NCBI GenBank assembly: GCA_000004695.1
Contig: CM000151.3
Location: forward strand, 4,096,001 to 4,160,000
Reading direction: 5' to 3'
Length of the DNA: 64,000 bases
DNA from: Dictyostelium discoideum
Taxonomy: Eukaryota
Made by a program: the position numbers and the translations under genes. Positions 52,965 to 64,000 of this stretch are shown here, piece by piece. The notes under the pieces are model-generated. The model saw nothing but the letters and a program-made list of their open reading frames with translations, had not been told where the DNA came from and searched no databases. Positions within the stretch are counted from its first letter, which is position 1, and every line of letters starts with the position of its first letter.

Positions 52965-53291
52965 TCAATTACACATCAAAAGGTTTTTGAATATTTACCA
53001 TTAAATGTTTATTATGGTATACCAATATTTGATGATAAATTAAATAGAGAGGTTTGTGCAAAAATTGATAAATTCAACTTATTATCTAAAGAAAATTTAA
53101 ATAGACATAGTATGGATAGTAGAAATCTTTCGTTAAATCTATTCAATTTTATATCTTCTACTTGTCCTCCAATTCATCCAGATTTAGATTCAATAGATGC
53201 CACTAAAATCAATTCAAATTTACCATCTGTTCAAAATATTCCCTTTCCAACTCAAATCATTACTTTTGTAAATGGAAATTTAGATTTATAA
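50331..53291 (+). CDS. FAM91A1 orthologue (WDR11-complex subunit), ~930 aa. Exons 50331..50570, 50643..50739 and 50836..53291.
   Basis: Strong alignment with human FAM91A1 across the splice junctions. [11 protein letters not shown]…TPFKYY with [56 protein letters not shown] with [63 protein letters not shown] matches almost identically. Donors GTT|GTATGT and AATT|GTAAGT. Acceptors aaaatag|TTA and aaaaag|CA. Confidence 0.85.
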
Positions 53292-54265
53292 TAAAATAAA
53301 TAATAAAATAATAAAATAATAAAATAATAAAATAATAAAATAATAAAATAATAAAATAATAAAAAAAAAGAAGATAATAAAAAAAAAAAAAGAAGATAAT
53401 AAATCACGCGTGTTAATAATAAAATAATAAAATTATAAAATAATAAAAAAAAAAAAAAAAAAAAAAAATTAAAATAAATAAAATAAAAAAAAAAAATTTA
53501 TTAATAGAAAAAATAAAATCTATAAATAAATATTTATTTTTTATTTTTTATTTATTTTATTTTATATTATTATTTTTATTTTAATACATTTTCTTTAATT
53601 ATTTTTTATTTTAATAAATTGGCTTTTTTACAAATAAGATTATATTTTTATTCAACCACACAAGTTTTTTAAAACTTTAAACACACACCACACAAACCCA
53701 ATTTATCCCCAGGTGTCAATATCTTTTTATTTGAAATTCAATAAAAAAATTAATATTATTATAATTTATAAAAAATTATATCAGTTAATGATTTATTTAC
53801 TTTAATAGTAAAAGTGTCTCTCAATTCATTCAATTCGAATGATTTGAAAATAAAAAAAAAAAAACAAAAAAAAAAACAAAAAAAAAAATGTGGTGTGTTG
53901 TATATTAATATGTCGAATGTTGGTGTGATAATATTATTTTTTTTTTTTTTTTTTTTTTTTAATAGTTTAAAAAAAAATGTGGTTCAAAAGTTTATTTATG
54001 TGTGTGTTAAGTAATTTAATGTATTTATGATCTCCGTCTGCCAAAATGTATAAACAAACAATCTAAAATCTGAACAATTACATGCTTATTTGAATTTTTT
54101 TATTTTTTTTTTTTTTTATTTTTATTTTTTTTATTTTTTTTATTTTTACTACTTTTAAAAATTCTTTTAATCATTATTTATTTTAAAAAATCAGTGGTTT
54201 AACGGGTTATAAAATTATTAATAATAGGATAAATAAAAAAAAATAAAAAATAAAAAACAATAATT

Positions 54266-54303
<38 letters not shown>

Positions 54304-54484
54304 AAAAAATCTATTTAAAAAAGTTTTTTTACAACATATGTGTTTAATAAATATTATTATTAATATTCAATATCGGTTCATAATTAACAATAGGAAGAAA
54401 AAATAAAAAATTAATCATTTAAAATAGAAAAATCATTTTTTTTAAATTTTTTATTTTTTATTTTTTTTTTTTTATTTCAAAAAA

Positions 54485-54515
<31 letters not shown>

Positions 54516-54864
54516 ATATATAAATATATAAATAATAAATAACTCTTGTATACTAATTTTTATATTTTGTGGTTTTAATACAAAAAAATTTAATTTGAAT
54601 AATTAAAATATTAAAATAATAAAATAATAAAAATAATAATATAAATAAATTTTAAAAAAAAAATAAATATAAAAATTAAAATTTAAAAAATAAAATAAAA
54701 AGTATATTATAATAATAAACATTATCAACTTTTTTTTATTTTTATTTTTTTTATTTTTAACTTTTTTTTATTTTTATGCTAATTATATAATTTTTTTTTA
54801 TAATTTTCTAATCACTTTTTTTTTTTTCTAAAAACTCTTTCCAAATTTAATTTAATTTTAGTTC

Positions 54865-54897
<33 letters not shown>

Positions 54898-55110
54898 TCC
54901 ATATATAAATATACATATTAATTTTAATTAATTAGAAAAACTGACTTGTTAATTAATTTTGTGTATGTTGTCAATTAGTTTAATAATTTTTTTATAAAAA
55001 AAAAAAACAATTTTTAATATTAATTTTATTTTACTATATTTAATATTTAAAATTTCAGACCAAAATCAAATAATTATTTATTTAAATTATAAAAAATAAA
55101 AATAAAAAAA

Positions 55111-56471
55111 ATGAAATTTAGAATATATCAAATTATTATAATAATAATTGTAATAATAATATCATTTAATATAATAATATTATTAAATAATCAAAATGTA
55201 ATAAAACTGAATAATAAAAATAATAATTATAGTAATAGTAATAGTAATAGTAATATTAATAGTAATAGTAATATTAACATAAACTTAAATAATAATAATA
55301 TTAATAAAAATAATAATTTAAAAATTAAAATTGAAAAAAAAGAAAAATTAATTGTTAAAGAAGATGAATTGAAAATTTCAAATGAGTTTAAACCAAAATC
55401 TAAATTTTTAAGTATAAATAAAAGGGAAACAGTACTTTCTAGAGAATGTAATTTTGTGGATTTAGTATATACATGGGTAAATGGATCAGATGCAGATCAT
55501 ATGGAAACTAAAAAACAAGTGATGTTTAATTTAACAGGTGAACACATTCAAGATTTCGAACCACATCGTTATAGAGATATCGGTGGTTTAAAATACTCAT
55601 TACGTAGTGTTAGAAAATATGCACCATGGATAAGAAATATCTATATCATTACAGCAAATCAAGTTCCAACTTGGTTCAATTCAGAAAATCCTGAAAATGT
55701 TAAATTCATTTTCCATAAAAATTATTATGGTAATATGTAAGTTTTTTAAAATACACACAAATAGTAAATAGTAACACACACTCACACACTTTTATTTTTT
55801 ATAGTTCACATTTACCAACATATAGTTCAAATTCAATTGAATCGAATTTTTGGAATTTACCAAATGAAGTTTCAAATTGTTTTTTATATTTAAATGATGA
55901 TGTGTTTTTTAATAGACCAGTTGAAAAGAGTGATTATTTTTATGATGATCAATTTAATCAAAAGATTTATGAAATTCAAGAAAGAACCCAAGTTTTTAAT
56001 GAGCAAAAGAAATTAGAACCTTATGCTAAATCATTCGCTTATTCAAATTCAATATTAAATAAAATTTGGGGAGAAGATAAGAGAAGATTTTTACCAGATC
56101 ATGGCGTTCAAGTTTATAATAAAAAGATTTGGTTAATGATACATGACCAATTATTTGATTTCGGTCTTGACCAAACTTCTTCAAATAGGTTTAGAGAATC
56201 ATCAGATTTACAATTATCCTTTATTTATAATCAGTTTGCTAAACGTTATTCAAATCAATTTAAATTGGCTTCAAAAGGTGCTAATCTTTATGTTGGAATT
56301 TGGAATGATCAGAAAATTATTAATAATGCTATTAATAGAATTTTAAACGAAAAAAATGCAATGACAATTTGTTTAAATGATGGTTTTGATTTTGTTGATG
56401 ATGAAATCCATTCAAAATTAACAAATTTATTCGATACATTATTTCCTGAAAAATCACCATTTGAAAATTAA
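55111..56471 (+). CDS. Stealth-family protein (GlcNAc-1-phosphotransferase-like), type II membrane topology, 430 aa. Exons 55111..55736 and 55805..56471.
   Basis: N-terminal [23 protein letters not shown]. Stealth CR1 VDLVYTWVNGSD. CR2 HRYRDIGGLKYSLRSV. CR3 LPTYSSNSIESNFWNLPNEVSNCFLYLNDDVFF, which spans the intron. Donor AAT-AT|GTAAGT, acceptor tatag|T, frame verified. Confidence 0.75.
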
Positions 56472-56673
56472 AAAAAAAAAATAAATAAAAATAAAAAAAA
56501 TTAAAAAATTTAAAAAAATATAATTAAAAAAAAAAAAAACTTTTTTTAAAAATTGTTTATTACTAAATGTTAAAATTAAAAAATGTGGAAAAATTGAATT
56601 ACCTTAGAAAAAAAAAAAAAAAAAAAGGGGTTTAAAAACTACCAAGTTTTCCCAGGGTTTTTAATTTATTTTT

Positions 56674-56722
<49 letters not shown>

Positions 56723-56833
56723 CAGAAATGAGATTTCAGTTTTTGTTTTTAAACAAAAGAATTGATATTTTTATATTTTCATTTTTTTTATTTTTTATTT
56801 TTTTATTTTTAATATATATATATATTATGTATT

Positions 56834-57956
56834 ATGTCAAAATTAAATATTAAAGGAATAGTTAAAAGATGTGATGATTATGGAAAATTAGTGAATAGAT
56901 ATTGTGGACCAGTTTTTGTTGGATTTGCAACATCATTAATAACATTAATTGCAATCACCTATTTCACAATTATATTTCCAGCAACATCTGATTTTTCAAA
57001 TTTATTTTTCATTTTCAATTTCTTTTGTGACCTTAGTATTTCATTATTCCTTACCTATGGTATTTATTTCAATTATATAAAAGCAATTATAACAAAACCT
57101 GGTTATCCAAATTTAAATTCAACTTTAATAAATGTATGTTATTTATTTATTTATATCTTTATATTATATTATATTAACAATTATTAACAATTATTTAAAG
57201 AATATAAATAGCAATATAAATAATAGTAATAATAATAAAGATAAAGATAAAATATTGATAATTGATAATGTTAAATGGAGTTATTGTAAGAAATGTTCAA
57301 AAGCTAAACCACCTAGATGTCATCATTGTAGTGTTTGCGATAAATGTGTTTTAAAGATGGATCACCATTGCCCATGGATTGGTGGTTGTGTTGGTTTCTA
57401 TAATTACAGATATTTCTTTTTATTTTTATCATATCTTTGGGTATCAGTTTGTTATGTATTAGCTCATTCTTTACCTTTATTATTTGGTGGTTATTTAGTA
57501 AGTAATAGTTGTAGTAGTAGCAGTAGTAGTAGTATCAGTAGTAGTAGTATAATTTATTATTATTACAAACTAACACATATTTTAAATTTTAATAGTATAG
57601 TAAAAAATATACAGAAATTGATAGATTATTAGTTATTATATCATCAATTGGAAGTTTCATAACATTTGTTGCAGTTGGATCATTTGGTGGTTTTCATGCT
57701 TATTTAATTGGTAGTGGTCAAACATCAATTGAAAATTTATATCCTCCAAAAAAGAGACCAAATTATAGTTTAACTTCAATTAAAGATAATTTTCAAATAG
57801 TTTTAGGTAAAGGTGATTATTGGTTCAGTGGTTTATTACCAATAAATTATACTCCAATTGGTAATGGCTGTGATTTTAAACTAAATATTTCAAATGAAGA
57901 TAATAATAAAAATAATGAAAATAATGAAAATAATGAAAATAATGAAATTGACAATC

Positions 57957-57999
<43 letters not shown>

Positions 58000-58075
58000 A
58001 AAAGAAGATAATATTAATGAAAATGATAATTTAATAAGCTATGATACTGATGAATATAATAGGCATAAAAAATAA
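56834..58075 (+). CDS. DHHC-type protein S-palmitoyltransferase, 358 aa. Exons 56834..57133, 57201..57497 and 57596..58075.
   Basis: [51 protein letters not shown]. Four predicted TM segments. The TTxE-like motif GQTSIEN lies after TM3, in exon 3. Donors AAT|GTATGT and TTA|GTAAGT. Acceptors tttaaag|AAT and ttaatag|TAT. Confidence 0.8.
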
Positions 58076-58285
58076 TAGAATAATAGAATAGTAATAATAA
58101 AAACAAAAAAAAGAGAGTTATCAATTTTATTTGTACATTTGGTTTTTACTTTATTTTATTTTATTTTGTTTTTTTTTTTTTTTTTTTAATTTTTTTTTTT
58201 TTTTTATTATATATATAATTCAAAAGGGTAATTGTTTTGTTTTGTTTTGTTTTGTTTCTTTTTAAATCAAAAAAAAAAAAAAGAA

Positions 58286-58785
58286 TTAATGTCTGTATGT
58301 ATTATCTTGGTTATTGTTATTATTATTATTGTTATTATTATTGTTATTAAATTGGTGATTATTATTATGTGGAATGAATTGATTTTGATTTTGATTTTGA
58401 TTTTGATTTTGATTTTGATTTTGATTTTGATTTTGATTTTGATTAAAATGTGAGTTTGGACTTGGTTTAAAATCTTTAAATTCATTTAATTTATGTTGGA
58501 AAATTTTATTTCTTGCATAATTAATACCTTTATCTGCAACCCATTCACCAGTGTTAAAGAAACCTTTAGCAACCATAGAACCAGTTTCATTCTTAATCAT
58601 TCCAACTACTTTTTGTCCTACACTATTAGTTTGTTTTTTTAAAAAAAAAAAAAAAAAATGTTAGAAAATTAATTAATTAAAAGGAAAAAGAAAATAAATA
58701 CTTACTTTAAACCAGTGGTTCTTCTTGCACCAGCGCAAATTGTTGAAATAATAACGCAATCACAAATGAGTGAAATTAAACCCAT
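58286..58785 (-). CDS. Small 141-aa protein. Cys-rich hydrophobic N-terminus, Gly/aromatic middle, (NQ)n and polyN tail. Exons 58785..58706 and 58631..58286.
   Basis: MGLISLICDCVIISTICAGARRTTGL / NVGQKVVGMIKNETGSMVAKGFFNTGEWVADKGINYARNKIF… Donor TTAAA|GTAAGT, acceptor taatag|T. The (NQ)n stretch is encoded by a (gatttt)12 tandem repeat at 58370-58445. Confidence 0.5.
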
Positions 58786-59229
58786 TTTATTTTTATTTTT
58801 ATTTTTATTTTTGTGTATTAGGAATACTGAAATATTTAAGTATGGATGAAAAGAAAAAAGATTTTTTTTTTTTTTTTTTTTTTTTTTATGAAATTGCACA
58901 TCCAAAAAAAAAAATCAAATAAAAATAAAAAAAAAAAAATTCAATAATTTCAACGAAAAATTAAAATAAAAAAACAAAAAAAAAAAATAAAAAAAGTAAT
59001 AATTACTTGTCCCCACACTTTCCAACTTTTAATAACTATTATGTGTCAAATTCAGTGATAATTTTTTTTTAATTGAATTAAACAAACTAAAATTAGTTTT
59101 ATGTACAACTAATTATTATTTATTTTATTTTTTTTTATTTTTTTTATTATCACATGATAAAAAAAAAAATTTTAAATTGAATTGTTTCATTTTTACATTT
59201 TAGATTTTATGGGCTCTATATAAAATCAA

Positions 59230-59263
<34 letters not shown>

Positions 59264-59931
59264 CATTACTTTAAAAAAATTAGAGGGTAAAAAAATATAT
59301 AAAAACAGAAACCAAATACTAAAAATGCATTAACATAAACCCAATACTAAAAAATGTTATTTAAAAATAGAATACTTAATTTTTTTTTTTTCTTTTTTAA
59401 AAAAACATAAATCAAATGATATTTTAGATTTTTTAACTTTCTAAAAATAAATAAATAATAAAATAATAATAATTAAAAATTTTTTTTTCATATAAAATTT
59501 AATCCCTACTCGTTGTTCTTCAAAATAAAACAATTACAAAAAATGGATGATAAATAATTAAATTTTAAAAATAAAATAAAATTGCTTGTTTAAAAAAAAA
59601 AAAAAAAAAAAATGAAAAAAAAAAAATGAATTGAGAAGGTTTTTTTTGTCTTCCCGAAGAATAATTGGTTTTTTTTTTTTAAACAAGCAATTTTAAAAAT
59701 AAAAATGATTGCCGAAGATAATTTTTAAAAAATAATATAATACGTAATTTTAAATCTATTTTTAAAAAAAACCTTGTAGAATATTAATAATTTAATATAA
59801 AAATGAATTTTTTTTTTTTTTTTTTCATTCAACCAAAAACCAAAAACAAAAAAAAACTAAATAAAAAACAAATATATATTTATATATTAAATAATTTTAA
59901 CTCTATAATAAACTAATTTTAAATTTCAAAA

Positions 59932-60166
59932 ATGATCGAAATTAATAATAAAATTGATTACATTTTCTATACAAATAATACTCCAAACACCTATAAAATC
60001 CAATTAATTTTACTCGAATTACAAAAGGAATATGGCATTACTTTTGAAAGTAGATTTATTAATGTATTTAAAAAAGAAAATTATTCTGATGATTATATAA
60101 AGGTAATTACAAAATCAAAATCATTTCTTTATAATTTTAATTATTTATATTTAATATTAATTATTT

Positions 60167-60234
<68 letters not shown>

Positions 60235-60922
60235 GATTAACCCAAATAAAAAAGTTCCAGCAATTGTTGATCAAACTGGTGAAAAACCATTTATTGTTTT
60301 CGAATCAGTATCAATTTTAATCTATTTAGCACAAAAGTTCAATACTTTTCTTCCAGACTTTAAAACAAACCCACTTGAAAATTCAGAAGTTATTACATGG
60401 ACAGTTTGGCAAGCAGGTATGTAATTAATTATATATCTCTATATGTATAGAATTAATATTAATGTTTTTTTTTTTTTTTTTTTTTTTAATAGCTAACCTT
60501 GGACCAGCATTTGGACAATATTTCCATTTTTCATTCTTTTCACCAACTGTTCAAGAATATTCTTTACATAGATTTAATAATGAAGCACAACGTATTCTTA
60601 GATTATTAGACGATAGATTATCAGATCAACATATATTGGTGGAAATGAATTTTCTATTGCAGATATTGCAAGTGCAGGTTGGTTATTATACTTAAACTCT
60701 GCACCATTATATAATGCAACTAAAGAACGTTTCCCAAATATTTTTAAATGGTTAGATTTAATCAATCAAAGAGAATCAATTAAACAAGTAAATCAATCAA
60801 TTTCAGATGGTTTTAAAAATTTTAATCCAAGTTTACTTCGTGCATTATTTACAAATGATCCAGAATTAATTAATGCTAAAGCTCCAATTGGTATTGAAAA
60901 TGTTATTTTAAAATATGATTAA
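59932..60922 (+). pseudogene. Ure2p/Nu-class-like glutathione transferase gene of 3 exons (59932..60102, 60236..60416, 60493..60922) with an apparent 1-nt frameshift in exon 3 near 60638-60642
   Basis: Exons 1-2 encode a GST N-domain (…VPAIVDQTGEKPFIVFESVSILIYLA…). Exon 3 encodes …RLSDQHILV in frame A. The conserved GST C-domain motif GNEFSIADIASAGWLLY…KERFPNIFKWLDLI continues only in frame +2. Restoring one G in GGTGG (read as GGTGGG) would give …QHILVGNEFSIADIA… Donors AAG|GTAATT and GCAG|GTATGT. Acceptors taatag|ATT and taatag|CT. Confidence 0.5.
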
Positions 60923-60980
60923 AAATAAAATAAAAAATAAAATAAAAAATAAAATAAAATAAAAAAAGTACATAATTTAT

Positions 60981-63900
60981 TTAATCGGAATTTGGAATTG
61001 TTTGTTGTTGTTGTTGTTGGTTATTTAAATTTAAACGATCTTCATGAGTTGCACCAGTTAATTTTAAAAATACTTGTTCTAATGAAGTTTGACTAACTGA
61101 ATAATCATCTAAAATTGAAGATAATTCTGTTGAAAGTATATTGAAAATCTCTGAAACTTTAATTGGATTTTCAGGTGGATTTGGTAATTCTAAACTTGCC
61201 ATTAAATCATGTTGATCTAAAATAGTTGCATTTGGGAAACATTCTAAAACACATTGAAGACTTTGTGGAATACCAACTTCTAAACAACTCTTTTTAAATT
61301 TAACTTCAACTGAATACCCTGCTCCAAATTTAGATTTAATATGTTGAGTTGATCCTAAACATTTGAATTGACTAATAATAATAATAAAATATTAGTAAAA
61401 ATAAAAAGTAAAAAATTAAATAATTATTATTTATATTTACCCATCTCTCATAATTGTCATTCTTGAACATAATGCTTGAATTTCAGACATTGAATGAGAA
61501 GTTAAAATGATGACTTTATTTTTACCCAATTCACTAATTACTTGACATTGACGGTATCTAATGATTGGATCACAACCTGATGATGCTTCATCGATTAAAA
61601 CTACTGATGGATTACCAAGCATTGCAATTGATAATGAAACTTTTCTTTTATTACCACCTGAATAACCACCAGTATTTGAATTTGCAATTTTACCAAGATC
61701 CATCATTTTAATGAATGCTTCAACTACTAGTGATATTTTATCATCTGGTACACCTTTGATTGCACAATATAGAGATAACTGTTCACGAGCAGTTAATAAT
61801 GTTATTAATGCATCAAATTGTGGACATACAGAAACACCACGTAAAGCTTGAGCTCTATCGGTTACTAAATCATGACCATTGATAGTTATTTGACCACTTG
61901 TTGGTAGAATATCACCAGCTAGCATACTAACGGTTGTAGTTTTACCAGCACCATTTAAACCAAGTAAACCAAATGTTTGACCTTGTGGTATACCCAATGT
62001 TGAATTATATACTGCATTTTTATTTGGATTTTTACCCTTACCAATGAATAATTTATGTAAACCTTTATATTGTAACATATCACCACCACCACCACTACCT
62101 TGGTCTGTGGATGGTATTGGTGACATTGATTCCAACCTAATTCTTTCAGCAGAGACATCAGAATCTTCATCGATAGGAGGTGGAGGTGGTAGAATGGTTT
62201 TTGGATTTCTTAAATAACCTTTAAACTCTGGTGAATAATCTATTAATAATATGAATATAGTCCAAACTACAACATGTACTGATAAAATTATTATTGGGGT
62301 TGAGGCATAATGTAGTGACCAATAATCATCGATTTTTAATGCACCTAATCTTAGAGAACCTGGGAAACCTGAAATTATGAAAATCACTCTTGAAAATGCA
62401 TATAATGGTGATAAAATATTGAATACTATATCAATGATATCTGCAATATTCTCTAGTGATGATGAATTTTTAATAATTACTTCAATTCTTAAAATTATCA
62501 TTGCAATTGTCATAATTACACCAATTGAAAAATGAATTGCAGTGATTGCACCAGTTGATTTACCAAATGATGAAAATTTGAATGAGAATAAATAAGATAA
62601 TGGTATGATTGATAATGAGAATAAAACTAATGATAAAAAGAATAACCCAAATTGATCATTAAATTTATCATCAACAATTGCTAATATAATACAAGTGATT
62701 AATAATAAAATAAATGCAAAGAAATAATCCCATAATAAATTTGATACCCAATAAATATACTTTTTACAACCTGATATATATAATAACCTTTTAATTCTAT
62801 TTGTACGCTCTTGAGAGATACTACCAGCAAAAGAACCTGCCATCAATGAAAATCCAGCCATCATAATTACAATGAAATAAACAATTGATTGAATATTCAT
62901 ACCTTGACTTGCCTTTTGAAAACTTGTTAATATATGATCAAATGGTAAAGAAGTACATTCTATACCTATACCATTATGATTTCTTAATAGAGCATCATTT
63001 ATTAAATTTACATGAACTGGCCAAGAATGAATATAATTAAAATTAAATAATGAATTATATGATATTACTTTAGTTGTATTATTAATTAATGATGATGATA
63101 ATGGTATTGTGAAATTAATTGAACCTGATGATTGTTTATAATTATTAATTAAATATTGATTAAAGTTAATTGAGTTATTTAAATACTGAAATTGATTAAA
63201 GTATGGTGAATTTGATAAGAATTTATTGAAATCAAATTCTGAAGTTGTGCCAGCCAATTGAATTGGTACGATATCATTTTTACCATACTGTTGAAGTAAT
63301 GAAAATGTTAAAGGTTCTGTTGAATTATTATAAAATATAACCTCATTATCAACTTCTTTGAAAACTATAATTGATCCAATTATAACTAGTAATGGTAATA
63401 GTAATGATAATAAAAATGCTTTAAAATCTTTTGAAGATGTTTTAACACGTTTAATTAATAATGCTTTTAATTGTTGCTTTGATTTTATACCAGTTGATGA
63501 AACTCCAATTGATCTTTTTAATTCATCATCATTGCCATTACCATCTGCAATTGAAAGCGCATCAGTATCGATATCTGTACCGATTTTCAAGAAAACCTCT
63601 TCCAAAGTGGTTACACTAATACCATAGGAATCAATATGAAAATTTGATAAATTCTCATCAAAATCTTTAAAGAATTTTGAAAATACAGGTAATGAAGCAG
63701 TTGGTAATCTAAATGAAATTTCTGAACCTGCATTTGAAAGTACAGTTACATCAGGTATTTGATCTCTTATGAATTGAGTAACTTGATCAACATTGAATTG
63801 ATCAATGGTATTCAAAGATTTACTACAAGTTAATAAATAACCAACACCATATTTATTCTTTAAAAATAATGAACTACCATCAGTAATTAATTTACCATGT

Positions 63901-64000
63901 GATATAATGGAAATTCTATCAGATAAATAATCTGCTTCATCTAAATAATGAGTTGTAAGAATTATAGTTTTACCCTTTTTATGAGATAATAAAAAGTCCC
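60981..64000 (-). CDS. ABCA-subfamily ABC transporter, C-terminal part: end of NBD1, TMD2 and NBD2. Exons 64000..61441 and 61371..60981. The gene starts beyond the window end.
   Basis: LTTHYLDEADYLSDRISIISHGKL marks the end of NBD1. Multiple TM helices follow. NBD2 has Walker A GLLGLNGAGKTT, signature YSGGNKRKVS and Walker B VVLIDEASSG. The ABCA C-terminal motif GQFKCLGSTQHIKSKFGAGYSVEVKF is present. Donor GATGG|GTAAAT, acceptor ttattag|T, frame verified. Confidence 0.8.

Noticed and set aside
57132-57632. 166-aa read-through ORF ending in …[38 protein letters not shown]
   Set aside because: This is exon 2 of the DHHC gene read into intron 2 ((agt)n). Splicing at TTA|GTAAGT…aatag|TAT instead yields the conserved post-DHHC TM segments and the GQTSIEN motif.

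Overview
This 64 kb window is AT-rich (~75-80% A+T) eukaryotic nuclear DNA, with features typical of Dictyostelium discoideum: long intergenic poly(A)/poly(T) tracts; short AT-rich introns with GTAAGT/GTATGT...AG boundaries; (AAT)n, (CAA)n and (ATT)n microsatellites encoding polyN/polyQ; and tRNA-gene-targeted TRE retrotransposons. It is not a prokaryotic locus, so defence-island frameworks do not apply. I resolve about 22 protein-coding genes, most by reconstructing introns by hand. On the minus strand: the 5' part of a UGGT gene, a Brr6/Brl1-like 2-TM protein, a 3-exon FHIT, a secreted Cys-repeat protein, a cyclin-box protein with ~95 polyQ, a secreted Q/N/E-repeat protein, two small paralogs, uridine-cytidine kinase, a small Cys-rich/(NQ)n protein, and an ABCA transporter. 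On the plus strand: a giant Rab-like GTPase, a small 3-exon protein, a FANCM-type helicase, a Q/N-rich 3-exon gene, a vWA-domain protein, a GST, an ACC-synthase-like aminotransferase, a FAM91A1 orthologue, a Stealth/GlcNAc-1-phosphotransferase-like protein, a DHHC palmitoyltransferase, and a Ure2p-like GST with an apparent 1-nt frameshift. The most structured non-genic signal is a tRNA retrotransposon landing pad between two convergent tRNA genes. tRNA-Leu(UAA) (+, 7357-7439) has an internally deleted TRE5-A element 47 bp upstream, flanked by a 14-bp target site duplication. It also has a 5'-truncated TRE3-type element 154 bp downstream, flanked by a 27-bp duplication. The interval up to tRNA-Gly(GCC) (-, 13270-13340) is filled with nested minus-strand TRE3 fragments. 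Both tRNAs carry downstream external B boxes.
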